Shown here in pieces: positions 29,811-40,364 of a stretch of DNA of 64,000 bases. Location of the stretch: contig JBBQZQ010000009.1 in assembly GCA_038207565.1 (NCBI GenBank), positions 13,128 through 77,127 of the forward strand, read 5' to 3'. Source of the stretch: Mycobacteriales bacterium (GTDB taxonomy: Bacteria; Actinomycetota; Actinomycetes; Mycobacteriales; Jatrophihabitantaceae). The notes under the pieces are model-generated. The model was not told where the DNA came from and searched no databases. It worked only from the letters and a program-made list of their open reading frames with translations. Every line of letters begins with the position of its first letter. Positions within the stretch are counted from its first letter, which is position 1. The position numbers were made by a program, and so were the translations under genes.

Positions 29811-29850
29811 CGACGAGCGGGGCTGCGCTAAGGCGCCGCCCCGCTCGTCG
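29811..29850. terminator. Bidirectional terminator hairpin between convergent genes (12-bp perfect stem)
   Basis: CGACGAGCGGGG-(16 nt)-CCCCGCTCGTCG lies between the stop of the secreted-protein gene (29777) and the ribF stop (29857). Confidence 0.6.
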
Positions 29851-29856
29851 CTCACG

Positions 29857-30810
29857 TCATGGCGCGATGATCTCGCGGGTGTGTTCGACATCCAGATTCA
29901 TCTGCGTCACGAGATCCGCGACGCTGTCATAGTGCTCCTGCCCGCGCAGCCGCTCGACGAACTCGATACCGATCGCGTCGCCGTAGAGGTCGCCGCTGAA
30001 ATCGAGCACGAACGCTTCGACCCTGCGCTGACGAACGTCGAACGTCGGGTTGGTGCCGACCGAGATCGCTGCCGTACCGAGCGGCGCATGCGGCAGGGTG
30101 CGGCCCCACTCGTCCAGGCGCACCACCCGCCCGGCATACACGCCGTCGGCAGGCACGGCTGCCCAGGCCTCGGTGCGCAGGTTGGCAGTCGGAAAGCCCA
30201 ATTCGCGCCCGCGGCGGTCACCGCGCTCGACGACACCGTCGACGCGGTGCGGCCGTCCGAGCGCGGCCGCTGCGGCGCGCATGTCCCCGGCCTGCACGCA
30301 GGAGCGGACGTAGGTCGCGCTCAACGTCGTCTCGCCGTCGCGGAACAGCTCGACCCCGTGGGTGGAGAAACCGAAGGTGCCGCCGAACCGCGCCAGCTCG
30401 AGGATGTCGCCCGCCGCCTGGTAGCCGAAGCGGAAGTTGTCGCCCACGAGCACCGCGGACGCGTGCAGTCGCTCGACGAGCGCGTGGTGGACGAATTCGC
30501 CGGCCGCCATCCGTGAGAACTCGAGAGTGAACTGCAACGGGCAGAACACGTCGATGCCGAGCTCTTCGACGAGCTCGGCGCGGCGCACGATCGTCGTCAA
30601 CGCCGGCGGGTGCGTGCCCGGCCGGACCACTTCGGACGGGTGCGGAACGAATGTCAGCAGCACGCTGGGCACGTCGAGCTCTCTCGCTTTCGCGACTGCC
30701 CGTCCGATGATGTCGGCGTGGCCGCGGTGGACGCCGTCGAAGACGCCGATGGTGACGACGCAGTGTCCCCATCCGGTGGGGACGGCCTCCAGGCCGTGCC
30801 AGCGCTGCAC
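29857..30810 (-). CDS. ribF: Bifunctional riboflavin kinase / FMN adenylyltransferase
   Basis: 317 aa. VVTIGVFDGVHRGH nucleotidyltransferase motif and a C-terminal riboflavin kinase block (GFPTANL..., VEAFVLDFSGDLYG). Confidence 0.93.
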   Translation of the reverse strand: MQRWHGLEAVPTGWGHCVVTIGVFDGVHRGHADIIGRAVAKARELDVPSVLLTFVPHPSEVVRPGTHPPALTTIVRRAELVEELGIDVFCPLQFTLEFSRMAAGEFVHHALVERLHASAVLVGDNFRFGYQAAGDILELARFGGTFGFSTHGVELFRDGETTLSATYVRSCVQAGDMRAAAAALGRPHRVDGVVERGDRRGRELGFPTANLRTEAWAAVPADGVYAGRVVRLDEWGRTLPHAPLGTAAISVGTNPTFDVRQRRVEAFVLDFSGDLYGDAIGIEFVERLRGQEHYDSVADLVTQMNLDVEHTREIIAP

Positions 30811-30871
30811 GTCCGGAGCCTACTGGCCGCTCCGCACGGACCGTCGAGTGACAGCCTGTGGCCCGCAGCGG

Positions 30872-31966
30872 TTACGTGAGCGGGGCGAAGGCCGGTGCGT
30901 AGGCGAGCGGCACCTCGCCCCAGCTTTGCACGAGAGTCGCACGCAGATCCGCGGCAAAGCGCGCTACGGCCGGCAATTCCCCGCACCGCGCAGCCCCGCC
31001 GAGGCGGTGCAGGATCATCGCGCGCCGGGTCGGTGTCGGTCGTTCGCCGGTCATCGGCGGCGGGTCGTCGGCCATGGCGTTGGTGAGGAACCAGGCGGTC
31101 GAGATGACTGCCCAGCCGGTCGCGGCGCGGGCGACGTCCTTCTCGAACTCCGGGCCGGCCACATAGGGACCGCCCGTTTCCTTCCGGTAGCGGGCGAGCG
31201 CGCGGTCGGCGATCTGATCCGGCATCCGCCACGAACACCAGCAGGTGGGCCAGGGCACCCGGAGGTAGGCGACGTCCCACGCCACGTGCCGCCACTGCGC
31301 ACCCTCGAAATCGACCAGCACGAGCTGGCCTCCGACATCGACATTGTTGTCCGGGCACGCATCGCCCGGACTGATCGCGGCGGGTCCGTCGGCGTCGAGC
31401 CTGCGGGCGAGCCCCCGCAGCTCATCCAGCGCGGCGGACGGGGTGGCCACGCCCAGGTTCGCGGCCTGCTCGGCGATGCTGCGCGTGGCGTCCTCGAGCA
31501 TGACGGACATGAGCTGATCGATGATCGGTAGGTCGCCGGAGCGCTCGTCGAGAGCGGCGACGAACGCCGGGTGCGAGTCCAGCGTCGCCCGATGCAACCG
31601 GGCGATGGCGCCCGCCCAGCGCGCCACGGCCTCAGCAGCGAGATCGGGGTCGGCGCCCAACAGCGCGTCGGCGACGCTCGCGCCCCAGCCCACGTCCGAC
31701 ATGACCACGACCGGCGGCTCGGGTGCTGCAGCGATCAGACGGGGGCCGGGCACGTCGTCTGACAGCACGCTCAGCGCGGCCGATTCCCGCGCCCAGCCCT
31801 CGCCCGCCGAGAAGAATCGCTTCACGATCACGCTCATCTCGCCCGCATCGTCGCGCCGCACGAGCGCCCGGCGTACCTCGGACCGGTCCCCGCCGCGCAA
31901 CCGCCCCGCGTCCTCGAGGTGGGCACCGGGTAGCAGTCGCCGGGCATGTTCCAGCGCATCGTCCAT
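30872..31966 (-). CDS. Phosphotransferase-family (APH/choline-kinase-like) protein
   Basis: Kinase-like catalytic region GDACPDNNV...LVLVDFEGAQWRHVAWDVAYL (Brenner-type D..N and DFE). Start placed at ATG 31966 (MDDALEHARRLL). Confidence 0.65.
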   Translation of the reverse strand: MDDALEHARRLLPGAHLEDAGRLRGGDRSEVRRALVRRDDAGEMSVIVKRFFSAGEGWARESAALSVLSDDVPGPRLIAAAPEPPVVVMSDVGWGASVADALLGADPDLAAEAVARWAGAIARLHRATLDSHPAFVAALDERSGDLPIIDQLMSVMLEDATRSIAEQAANLGVATPSAALDELRGLARRLDADGPAAISPGDACPDNNVDVGGQLVLVDFEGAQWRHVAWDVAYLRVPWPTCWCSWRMPDQIADRALARYRKETGGPYVAGPEFEKDVARAATGWAVISTAWFLTNAMADDPPPMTGERPTPTRRAMILHRLGGAARCGELPAVARFAADLRATLVQSWGEVPLAYAPAFAPLT

Positions 31967-32042
31967 CCGCGCTGTGTAACCCGTCTTGGCCCCAGAGCAG
32001 GGCGGCACCCCGAGACACCCCCAGCTCCGGGGCCAAGACGGG

Positions 32043-32108
32043 ACGGCCGGCCGGGGCCAAGGGGTCAGCCGGCCGGGGTCAAGGGGCCAACGGGTCAGCC
32101 GGCCGGGG
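32043..32108. repeat. 30-bp-period tandem repeat spanning the truB stop codon
   Basis: GGGTCAGCCGGCCGGGG occurs at 32062-32078 and 32092-32108, and the second copy holds the truB stop (tca 32095-32097). A third partial unit GCCGGCCGGGGCCAAGG lies upstream. Each unit contains the palindrome CCGGCCGG. Confidence 0.75.
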
Positions 32109-32994
32109 CGAACACGAGGACGGGCCGCGCTCGGCCGTCCTGCTCACTCAGCAGGGCCACGACCGTGCCGCCGGCCGTCACGGCGCCGTGCGTCCCGATG
32201 ATGCCGCGCGCTTCCAGCGACTGCCCGTAGGACAGCGCGCTGGCCTCTGCTGCTTCGATCTCGCGGACCGGCATCGCCAGGCGCACCGCCTCGGTCAGCC
32301 CCAGCGTCACCGGGCTGTCGAGGGCGGCCAGTTCGTCGAGGGTGCGCGCGGAGTCCAACCCGAACGGCCCCACCCGCGTGCGGCGCAGTGCGGTGAGGTG
32401 CGCGCCCACGCCGAGCGCAGCACCCAGATCGCGGGCGAGCGCGCGCACGTACGTCCCCGACGAGCACTGCACCAGCACGTCCACGTCAACCAGGTCCGAG
32501 GCCGGATGCGCGAGACCCGACAGGTCGAAGCGCGACACGGTCACCGCTCGGGCGGCCAGCTCGACGGGTTCTCCCGCACGCACCCGCTGGTAGGAACGCC
32601 GACCGTCGACCTTGATCGCGGACACCGAACTCGGAACCTGGGCGATCGGACCGGTCAGCGCTGCCATGGCGTCCTGCACGTCCCCGGCGCAGACGCCCGC
32701 CGCCGACGCCCCGCCGATCACCTCACCCTCGGCATCGTCGGTGATCGTCGATTGCCCGAGCCGGACGGTCGCGGTGTAGGCCTTGTCGGCCAGCACGAGA
32801 TGGTGCAGCAGCCGGGTCGCCTTGTTGACCCCGAGCACCAGGACGCCGGTCGCCATCGGATCCAGGGTGCCGGCGTGACCGACCTTGCGGGTGTGGGCGA
32901 GCCGGCGCACCCGGCCGACCACGTCGTGCGAGGTCCAGCCACCCGGCTTGTCGACGACCACCAGCCCGTCGGGCGGCAGCCCGTCGAACGTCAT
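32095..32994 (-). CDS. truB: tRNA pseudouridine(55) synthase
   Basis: Start ATG 32994 (MTFDGLPPDGLVVVDKPGGWTSHDVV...GHAGTLDPMATGVL), the TruB catalytic Asp motif. ATGA overlap with the MATE gene stop. Confidence 0.93.
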   Translation of the reverse strand: MTFDGLPPDGLVVVDKPGGWTSHDVVGRVRRLAHTRKVGHAGTLDPMATGVLVLGVNKATRLLHHLVLADKAYTATVRLGQSTITDDAEGEVIGGASAAGVCAGDVQDAMAALTGPIAQVPSSVSAIKVDGRRSYQRVRAGEPVELAARAVTVSRFDLSGLAHPASDLVDVDVLVQCSSGTYVRALARDLGAALGVGAHLTALRRTRVGPFGLDSARTLDELAALDSPVTLGLTEAVRLAMPVREIEAAEASALSYGQSLEARGIIGTHGAVTAGGTVVALLSEQDGRARPVLVFAPAG

Positions 32995-34304
32995 GAGTCG
33001 ACGCCCAGCACGACCCAGCGCTGCCCCCGTGCCCGCCACACCATGCCGACCAGGCGCACGCCGACGAACCCCGTGAGGCCCGCCCATACCCCACCGATGC
33101 CCCAGCTCCAGTGCAACGCGGCGAGATTCAACGGCGTGAACGCGAGGACGCCAGCCCCCACGGTGAGCCCGGCCATGAACGCGACGTCGCCGGCGCCGAT
33201 CAACACGCCGTCGAGGGCGAAGACGATCCCCGCGGCCGGCAGCATCCCGACGAACCACGGCCACAGCAGGTGCGACTGGTGCAGCACCGCCGCATCGGAC
33301 GTGAACGCCCGCGGGATCAGCGCCCACCCCGCCGCGAAGATCGCGCCCAACGCCAGCCCCGCGTATAGACCCCAGCGCGACACCTGCCACGCCATCCGCC
33401 GGGCGCCGTCGGCGTCGTCCCCGCCGAGCGCCGCACCCACCAGTGACTGCGCCGCGATGGCGAAGGAATCGAGCAGCAGGGCCGTGAACTCCCACAACTG
33501 AAGTCCGATCGTGTGCGCGGCGATCTGGGCCGTACCCATCCGTGCGGCGACGCCGGCCGCGCTCAGGAACGCGATCTGGAAGGCGAGCGACCGGACGACC
33601 AGGTCACGTCCCACCTTGAGCTGCGCACGCAGCACCGCACGATCGGGCCGCATGCGCTCGGCAGCCCGTCGAAGCGAGCGAAGGAACAACCCCGCCCCGA
33701 CTGCCTGCGCGACCAGATTGGCGATGGCCGAGCCCTCGAGTCCCAGCCCGAGTGGATAAACGAGAACGGGCGACAGCACCGCTGACAGCGCATTGGCGAC
33801 GAGGACGATCACGACCGGCTCACGGGTGCGCTGCACACCGCGCATCCACCCGTTGCCGGCCAGGACCACCAGGATTCCCGGCAGCCCGATCACGGCGATG
33901 CGAAACCACGACTCGGCCGCGGCCTGCGTGGCGCCAGGTCCACCGGCTAGCGCACGGGTGAGCGGTCCGACGAACACCTCGCCGAGCACCACGACGACCG
34001 AGCCGACGCCCAGCGCCAACCACGAGGCCTGCACCCCCTCGTCCACGGCTCGACTGACCCGCCCGGCGCCGAACCAGCGCGCCGCGCGCGCGGTCGTGCC
34101 GTATTCGACGAAGGTGCCGACGACGGTCAGCAGCGCCATCAGCGCCGCGCCGACACCAAGACCGGACAGCTGTACGGGACCGAGGTGGCCGACCACTGCG
34201 GTGTCCACGAGCAGATAGAGCGGCTCGGCCGCGAGAACGACGAATGCTGACGCCGACAGGGCCAGCAGCCGCCGCGTCATCGCGTCATCGGTGGCCGCGC
34301 TCAC
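32991..34304 (-). CDS. dinF: MATE-family efflux transporter (DinF-like)
   Basis: 437 aa, 12 predicted TM segments, MATE-type N-terminus (LSASAFVVLAAEPLYLLVDTAVVGHLG). Position as for Rv2836c. Confidence 0.8.
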   Translation of the reverse strand: MSAATDDAMTRRLLALSASAFVVLAAEPLYLLVDTAVVGHLGPVQLSGLGVGAALMALLTVVGTFVEYGTTARAARWFGAGRVSRAVDEGVQASWLALGVGSVVVVLGEVFVGPLTRALAGGPGATQAAAESWFRIAVIGLPGILVVLAGNGWMRGVQRTREPVVIVLVANALSAVLSPVLVYPLGLGLEGSAIANLVAQAVGAGLFLRSLRRAAERMRPDRAVLRAQLKVGRDLVVRSLAFQIAFLSAAGVAARMGTAQIAAHTIGLQLWEFTALLLDSFAIAAQSLVGAALGGDDADGARRMAWQVSRWGLYAGLALGAIFAAGWALIPRAFTSDAAVLHQSHLLWPWFVGMLPAAGIVFALDGVLIGAGDVAFMAGLTVGAGVLAFTPLNLAALHWSWGIGGVWAGLTGFVGVRLVGMVWRARGQRWVVLGVDS

Positions 34305-34742
34305 TCAGTCCTCGGTCTCGGCCTCGCGCGGCTTGCGGTACGGATCGGGGTCACCGGCGGGCTGCGCGCCCTGGCGCACCGCCTCGACCTGGGCATCGAC
34401 GCGTGCCGCGACGGCAAGCAGCTGATCGATGTACTTCGCGTCCTCGGGCAACGAGTCCAGTGCGAATGTCAGCGTCGGGGTGAACCGCACGCCGGTCTGG
34501 CGGCCGACCTCGCTGCGCAGCACGCCCTTGGCGGACTCCAGTGCGGCGGCCGATTCCACTCGCGCAGTCTCGTCCCCGTACACGGTGTAGAAGATCGTTG
34601 CGTCGTGCAGATCGCCCGTCAGCCGGACGTCGGTGATCGTGACCATGCCGAGTCGCGGGTCCTTGACCTGCATCTCCAGTGTGGTCGCCACGATCTGTTT
34701 GATCCGTCCGGCGAGGCGACGGGCACGTCCGGCATCCACCAT
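34305..34742 (-). CDS. rbfA: Ribosome-binding factor A
   Basis: RARRLAGRIKQIVATTLEMQVKDPRLGMVTITDVRLTGDLHDATIFYTV is canonical RbfA. Confidence 0.93.
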   Translation of the reverse strand: MVDAGRARRLAGRIKQIVATTLEMQVKDPRLGMVTITDVRLTGDLHDATIFYTVYGDETARVESAAALESAKGVLRSEVGRQTGVRFTPTLTFALDSLPEDAKYIDQLLAVAARVDAQVEAVRQGAQPAGDPDPYRKPREAETED

Positions 34743-34766
34743 GACTTTCTCCTTCTCCGTCCGGAC

Positions 34767-35066
34767 TCAGTCCAGATCTTGGTCGTCGAGCACGCGCGTG
34801 CGCATCGACAGCACTTCGACCTCGGGACGGCCGGCGATCAACCGCTCGCACGCCGCGAGCACCTCGACCACATGCGCGTGATCTGTGGCCACCAGCGCGA
34901 CCGACACCTCGGCGCGCCGGTGCAGTTCCTGATCCCCGGTCTCCGCGGCCGACACCTCGAATCTGCGCCGCAGCTCCGCCACCAGCGGCCGTACCACCCC
35001 CCGCTTCTCCTTCAGTGAATGCACATCCCCCAACAGCAGATCAACACTCAACGTCCCCACCACCAT
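34767..35066 (-). CDS. DUF503 (YlxP-like) protein
   Basis: 99 aa. LLGDVHSLKEKRGVVRPLVAELRRRF is the DUF503 signature. Conserved position between infB and rbfA. Confidence 0.8.
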   Translation of the reverse strand: MVVGTLSVDLLLGDVHSLKEKRGVVRPLVAELRRRFEVSAAETGDQELHRRAEVSVALVATDHAHVVEVLAACERLIAGRPEVEVLSMRTRVLDDQDLD

Positions 35067-35127
35067 TGCTACTCACCAATCCCGAGTGCGGCGAGGTGAC
35101 CCGACAGCGGAGGCGGAACGAGATTGA

Positions 35128-35174
35128 CCGGTCCGGACATGTAGAAGGGTTGTTGGTTCTCACGTCCGGACCGG
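35128..35174 (-). other. Long-loop hairpin between infB and the DUF503 gene (11-bp perfect stem, 25-nt loop)
   Basis: CCGGTCCGGAC-(25 nt, relatively AT-rich)-GTCCGGACCGG lies 18 nt downstream of the infB stop. Confidence 0.45.
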
Positions 35175-35191
35175 GCGACCTCGTGCAGCCG

Positions 35192-38152
35192 TCAGGCCCG
35201 CGGCTTCTCCCGCAGTTCGAACGTCTCGATCACGTCCTCGATCTTGATGTCGTTGAACGACCCGAGACCGATACCGCACTCGTAACCGTCCCGAACCTCG
35301 GTCGCGTCGTCCTTGAAGCGCCGCAGCGACTCGACGGTGAGGTTGTCGGCCACCACCGCGCCGTCGCGGACCAGGCGTGCCTTGCTGTTGCGCCGGATCA
35401 GGCCCGAGCGGACGAGCGAACCCGCGATGTTGCCGATGCGCGGCACCCGGAACACCTCGCGGACTTCGGCGGTACCGAGCTGCACCTCTTCGAATTCGGG
35501 CTTGAGCATGCCCTTGAGCGCTGCCTCGATCTCGTCGATGGCCTGGTAGATCACCGTGTAGTACCGGATGTCGACGCCTTCACGCTCGGCAGCCTCGCGG
35601 GCTTTGCCCTCGGGACGGACGTTGAAGCCGATCACCACGGCATCGGAGGCGATGGCGAGGTTGATGTCGTTCTCGGTTATCGCACCGACACCCCGGCTGA
35701 TCACGCGAAGCGACACCTCCTCCTTCGCCTCGCCCAGGTCGAGGTTCACCAGGGCGTCCTCGAGTGCCTCGACCGAGCCGGACACGTCGCCCTTGATGAT
35801 GAGGTTGAGCTGCTGTACCTCACCGGCGGCCAGCGCCTTGTCCAGGTCGTCCAGCGAGATGCGCGGACGCGACGAGGCGAGCTGAGCATTGCGCTCGCGA
35901 GCCTGGCGACGGTCGGCGATCTGCCGGCCGATGCGGTCCTCGTCGACAACGAGGAACGAATCGCCGGCACCGGGCACCGAGGTCAGACCCAGCACCTGTA
36001 CCGGGCGAGCGGGATCGGCCTCTAGGAGGTTGTCGCCGTTCTCGTCGAGCATGGCGCGCACCCGACCGAAGGCGTCGCCCGCGACCAGCGATTCGCCAAT
36101 GCGCAGCGTTCCGCGCTGCACCAGCAGCGAGGCCACCGGACCACGGCCACGGTCGAGGCGGGCCTCGATGACGATGCCCTGCGCGTCCTGGTCGGGGTTG
36201 GCCCGCAGGTCGAGCGCGGCGTCGGCCGTGAGCAGGATGCCCTCGAGCAACCCGTCGATATTCGTGTGCGACCGGGCCGACACATCGACGAAGAGGGTGT
36301 CGCCGCCGTACTCCTCGGCGACCAGGCCGTACTCGGTGAGCTGCTGGCGCACCTTGGCCGGGTTGGCACCTTCCTTGTCGATCTTGTTCACGGCCACCAC
36401 GATCGGGACGTCAGCCGCCTGGGCGTGGTTGAGCGCCTCGATGGTCTGCGGCATAACGCCGTCGTCGGCGGCAACCACCAGCACCACGATGTCCGTGGTG
36501 GCGGCACCACGCGCACGCATGGCGGTGAACGCCTCGTGGCCCGGGGTGTCGATGAAGGTGATCGGACGGTCGTTGCCGTCGTGCTGGACATGCACCTGGT
36601 AGGCACCGATGTGCTGGGTGATGCCGCCGGCCTCGCCCTGCATGACCCTGGTCTGCCGGATCGCGTCCAGCAGTCGGGTCTTGCCGTGGTCGACGTGACC
36701 CATCACGGTGACGACCGGCGGACGGGCCACCAGGTTGTCGTCCTCGCCCTCGTCCTCGCCGAAGGTCAGGTCGTAGTCCTTGAGCAGCTCGCGGTCCTCG
36801 TCCTCGGGGCTGACGATCTGAACCTGGTAGTTGAGCTCGACACCGAGTAATTGCAGGACGTCCTCGTTCACCGATTGCGTGGCGGTGACCATCTCACCGA
36901 GATGGAACATCACCTGCACCAGCGATGCGGGGTTCGCGTCGATCTTGTCGGCGAAATCGGACAGCGATGCACCGCGGGGCAGGCGCACGATGTCGCCGTC
37001 GCCACGTGGGACCTGCACGCCGCCGATCGACGGCGCGGACATGTTGTCGAATTCCTGACGCCGCTGTTTCTTGCTCTTGCGGCCACGCGACGGGCGACCG
37101 CCGCGGTTACCGAACGCACCGGCCGTCGTGGCACCACGGCCACGTCCGCCGGGACCGCCCGGACGACCGCCGCGGTACGGCCCGGCAGGTCCGCCGGGAC
37201 CGCCCGGAGCACCACCGCCACCACCGCCACCTCCGCTCGGGCCGCCAGGTCCGCTACGGAAACCGCCACTGCCGCCACCAGGGCGAGCGCCCGAGGGGGC
37301 ACCCGGACGACCGGGGCCGCCGCTACGCGCACCCGGGCCGCCGGGTCCGCCTGGTCCGCCGGGTCCACCTGGTCCACCGGGTCCGCCGGGACGCCCGCCG
37401 CTGGTCCGACCAGGCACCATGCCCGGGCTCGGCCGCGGCGGCATCATGCCGGGGTTGGGACGTGGCCCGCCAGGGCCGCTGGCGCCACCGGGACGGGCGG
37501 GACGCGGCGGCATGCCGCTAGGCCCCGCTGGCCGGGGAGCGACCGGACGAGGCGCGGCGGCAGCGCCGCCGACGCCGAACGGATTGTTGGCAATGCGCGG
37601 GCCCGGGCGCGGGCCGGGAGCTGCCGGACGGCCGTCGACGGGAGCGGACGCAGCGGGCGCAATCGGCTCGCCCGCAGCGAACGGGGCGCCCGGGGCGACC
37701 GGGGCGCCCGGAGCGACCGGGTCGGTCGCGGCGCCCGGAGCGCCCGGCACGGACGGGCTCGGGCCGGGCGACACCACGGCCGGCGCGGCGGGGGCGACCG
37801 GCGGCGCGGGAGCGGGCGCCGCCGGTGCGGCCGGGCTCGCCGGCGCAGTGGGAGCGACCTCAGGACCTGGGGTGCTCGGCGGCGAGACGACAGCCGGGCG
37901 GACCGTGTCGACCTCGGCGGGTGCCGGGGCATCCACCGTCGCCTGCACGACGGCCTTCTCGGCGGCTACCTTCTTCGCCGGCTGGGTCTGCGGGACGGGA
38001 AACGCCTCGTGCAGCTTGCGCGCGACCGGCGCCTCCACGGTCGAGGACGCAGACTTCACGTACTCGCCCATCTCGGTCAGCTTGGCGAGAACTTCTTTGC
38101 TGGTTACTCCGAGCTCTTTCGCGAGCGCGGAAACGCGGGCCTTGCCTGCCAC
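35192..38152 (-). CDS. infB: Translation initiation factor IF-2
   Basis: GTPase domain ([28 protein letters not shown]), a long Ala/Pro/Gly-rich N-terminal region, and a C-terminal fMet-tRNA-binding domain. Start placed at GTG 38152 with AAGGAG 5 nt upstream. Confidence 0.95.
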   Translation of the reverse strand: MAGKARVSALAKELGVTSKEVLAKLTEMGEYVKSASSTVEAPVARKLHEAFPVPQTQPAKKVAAEKAVVQATVDAPAPAEVDTVRPAVVSPPSTPGPEVAPTAPASPAAPAAPAPAPPVAPAAPAVVSPGPSPSVPGAPGAATDPVAPGAPVAPGAPFAAGEPIAPAASAPVDGRPAAPGPRPGPRIANNPFGVGGAAAAPRPVAPRPAGPSGMPPRPARPGGASGPGGPRPNPGMMPPRPSPGMVPGRTSGGRPGGPGGPGGPGGPGGPGGPGARSGGPGRPGAPSGARPGGGSGGFRSGPGGPSGGGGGGGGAPGGPGGPAGPYRGGRPGGPGGRGRGATTAGAFGNRGGRPSRGRKSKKQRRQEFDNMSAPSIGGVQVPRGDGDIVRLPRGASLSDFADKIDANPASLVQVMFHLGEMVTATQSVNEDVLQLLGVELNYQVQIVSPEDEDRELLKDYDLTFGEDEGEDDNLVARPPVVTVMGHVDHGKTRLLDAIRQTRVMQGEAGGITQHIGAYQVHVQHDGNDRPITFIDTPGHEAFTAMRARGAATTDIVVLVVAADDGVMPQTIEALNHAQAADVPIVVAVNKIDKEGANPAKVRQQLTEYGLVAEEYGGDTLFVDVSARSHTNIDGLLEGILLTADAALDLRANPDQDAQGIVIEARLDRGRGPVASLLVQRGTLRIGESLVAGDAFGRVRAMLDENGDNLLEADPARPVQVLGLTSVPGAGDSFLVVDEDRIGRQIADRRQARERNAQLASSRPRISLDDLDKALAAGEVQQLNLIIKGDVSGSVEALEDALVNLDLGEAKEEVSLRVISRGVGAITENDINLAIASDAVVIGFNVRPEGKAREAAEREGVDIRYYTVIYQAIDEIEAALKGMLKPEFEEVQLGTAEVREVFRVPRIGNIAGSLVRSGLIRRNSKARLVRDGAVVADNLTVESLRRFKDDATEVRDGYECGIGLGSFNDIKIEDVIETFELREKPRA

Positions 38153-38227
38153 GTGACTCCTTCGAGGAGGTCCGGGCGGCATCCCGCTCGAACCCGTTAG
38201 ACGGTGGACATGCTCATTGCTGGCGCT

Positions 38228-38596
38228 TCATCGAGTGCCCATAGCTCTTATCTCCTGCGGGGTTCCGCCGGTCGGTTTCCCAGGTGGCTTCGTGAGGTAA
38301 TCGCGTACGGCCGTCAGATCCAGCGAGCCGGGCACCCGGAGGGCCCGGGCGAAGGCCCGGCGACGTTCGGCGAGTTCGAAACACCCGGGAACGGGGTGCA
38401 ACCACGCACCTCGACCGGGCAAGCGTCGACGCGATTCGGGGACGACGACCGGACCTGAGTCCGGCATCCCCCGGGCCACGACGACACGAAGCAACTCGGC
38501 AGCCACCGCTCGTTGCCGGCATCCGATACACGTCCGGATCGGGGCGCGAGGCCCAGCCGGGTCGGGATCGGCTGCCGATGACGCTCGGACGGCCAT
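38228..38596 (-). CDS. ylxR: YlxR-family (DUF448) RNA-binding protein
   Basis: [21 protein letters not shown]...GRGAWLHP is the DUF448 signature. Lies between nusA and infB. Start placed at ATG 38596. Confidence 0.8.
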   Translation of the reverse strand: MAVRASSAADPDPAGPRAPIRTCIGCRQRAVAAELLRVVVARGMPDSGPVVVPESRRRLPGRGAWLHPVPGCFELAERRRAFARALRVPGSLDLTAVRDYLTKPPGKPTGGTPQEIRAMGTR

Positions 38597-38603
38597 TGTC
38601 AGT

Positions 38604-39740
38604 CTACCCCCCGCGCCCGGACGCGTCGTGCACCCTGCTGGACTCGTCGCGACCCGTCGGCTCCCTGGCCACGTCCAGCGACGCGCCGGCTGCACCGGCA
38701 ACGCCGACCTCACCAGCCACGCCCAGATCAGCGCCCGCGGTGCGCGCTACGTCCTCGGGCGGCGGCTCGGAGTCGCTGTGGATGTCGATACGCCAGCCGG
38801 TCAGCCGGGCGGCGAGACGGGCGTTCTGCCCCTCACGTCCGATCGCCAGCGAAAGCTGGAAGTCCGGCACGACCACGCGCACGGATTGCGTCGTGTAATC
38901 GACGACGTGACTCTCCAGCGCATGCGCCGGCGAGAGTGCGTTCCCGACGTAGGTCGCCGGCTCGTCCGCCCAGTCGATAATGTCGATCTTCTCGCCGTGC
39001 AGCTCGGCCACCACGTTGCGGACCCGCTGCCCCATCGGTCCGATGCATGCGCCTTTGGCGTTGAGTCCGGCCACCGAGGTGCGCACCGCGATCTTGCTGC
39101 GGTGTCCGGCCTCGCGGGCCACGTCCACGATCTCGACGCTGCCGTCGGCGATTTCGGGCACCTCGAGCGCGAACAACTTCTTGACCAGGCTCGGGTGGGT
39201 GCGGCTGACCGTCACCTGCGGTCCGCGCATCCCCCGGCTCACCCCGATGACGTAGCAGCGCAGTCGCGCGCCGTGGCGGTAGTCCTCGCCGGGGACCTGT
39301 TCAGACAGCGGCAGGACTGCCTCGATCTTGCCGATGTCCACCAGCACGACACCGCGCTGGGCGGCCTGGGCGTCGGCTTGGGTCACGCCGGTGACGATGT
39401 CGCCCTCGCGCCCGGAGTACTCGCCGTAGGTCTGGTCGTGCTCGGCATCGCGCAACCGCTGCAGGATGACCTGGCGGGCGGTCATGGCCGCGACCCGGCC
39501 GAAGTCGGTGGGCGTGTCGTCGTACTCCTCAACGACCGCACCGTCAGGGCCCAGGTCCTGCGCCCAGACGATCACCTCTCCGCTTTTGGCGTCGATCGCG
39601 ACGCGGGCGTGGGGCATCGAATGCGGCGTGTGCCGGTACGCGGTGAGCAGTGCGGTTTCGAGCGCATCGAGCAAGGTCGCGAACGGGATCTCCTTCTCGC
39701 GCTCGATGCTGTGCAGCGCGGCGATGTCGACATTGACCAT
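38604..39740 (-). CDS. nusA: Transcription termination/antitermination factor NusA
   Basis: 378 aa with N-terminal, S1 and two KH domains ([45 protein letters not shown]). Confidence 0.95.
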   Translation of the reverse strand: MVNVDIAALHSIEREKEIPFATLLDALETALLTAYRHTPHSMPHARVAIDAKSGEVIVWAQDLGPDGAVVEEYDDTPTDFGRVAAMTARQVILQRLRDAEHDQTYGEYSGREGDIVTGVTQADAQAAQRGVVLVDIGKIEAVLPLSEQVPGEDYRHGARLRCYVIGVSRGMRGPQVTVSRTHPSLVKKLFALEVPEIADGSVEIVDVAREAGHRSKIAVRTSVAGLNAKGACIGPMGQRVRNVVAELHGEKIDIIDWADEPATYVGNALSPAHALESHVVDYTTQSVRVVVPDFQLSLAIGREGQNARLAARLTGWRIDIHSDSEPPPEDVARTAGADLGVAGEVGVAGAAGASLDVAREPTGRDESSRVHDASGRGG

Positions 39741-39742
39741 GC

Positions 39743-40279
39743 TCAGTCCTCCCCTCGACTCCTGCGGTTGAACTCAACCTGGACGCGGCCCTTGCCGAGA
39801 TCCGCCCACCCCACCTCGTGGGTGCGTCCGGCCACGTCCAGTGTGACGCCGGCGTCCGAGGTCGCCACGACGCGTCCGGTCAGCGTGTGCTCGCCCACCG
39901 GCACCGTGACCAACCGGCCGACGGCGCGACCCCAGTGCCGCGGTTCGACGAGCGGGCGGTCCACGCCCGGCGAGCTGACCTCCAGCACGAACGGGCCGGC
40001 GAAGGCGGCGCCGCCCGGCGCGTCGTCCTCAAGCGCTGCGGACACGACTCGGCTGATCTCGGCCACCGCGTCGAGGTCCACCCCGTCGTCAGCGTCCACG
40101 ATCACCCGAATCAGGCTGCGCCTGCCGGTCGAGGTGACGGTGAGGTCCTCGAGGTCGTGCCCGGTCGCTTCCACGAGGGGTCCGAGCAGCTCGAGAAGGT
40201 GCTCGCGTACCTCGGTGCTCGCGGCGCCGGGACGTGCGCCGGTGCGGGCGGGCGGCCTGCCGGAAGTGCCGGGCGGCAT
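39743..40279 (-). CDS. rimP: Ribosome maturation factor RimP
   Basis: Start ATG 40279 with AGGAG upstream. [12 protein letters not shown] is the RimP signature. Immediately upstream of nusA. Confidence 0.88.
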   Translation of the reverse strand: MPPGTSGRPPARTGARPGAASTEVREHLLELLGPLVEATGHDLEDLTVTSTGRRSLIRVIVDADDGVDLDAVAEISRVVSAALEDDAPGGAAFAGPFVLEVSSPGVDRPLVEPRHWGRAVGRLVTVPVGEHTLTGRVVATSDAGVTLDVAGRTHEVGWADLGKGRVQVEFNRRSRGED

Positions 40280-40364
40280 CGTCGCTCCTGTCGTGAAGTT
40301 GTGAGACGGCGAGCCTATCCGCTTCGCCCGGACTGCCGGGTCATGTCTGGCAGACTTGCTCGTG

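Noticed and set aside
37100-37460. 9-bp periodic GGTCCGCCG-type repeats
   Set aside because: They lie inside infB and encode the (GGP/PGG)n low-complexity linker of IF-2. This is coding simple sequence, not a separate repeat element, although its length may vary between strains.
36851-38200. 449-aa and 361-aa plus-strand ORFs rich in Gly/Pro/Arg/Ala
   Set aside because: They are antisense to the low-complexity N-terminal region of infB. Their repetitiveness mirrors the IF-2 Pro/Gly/Ala repeats.
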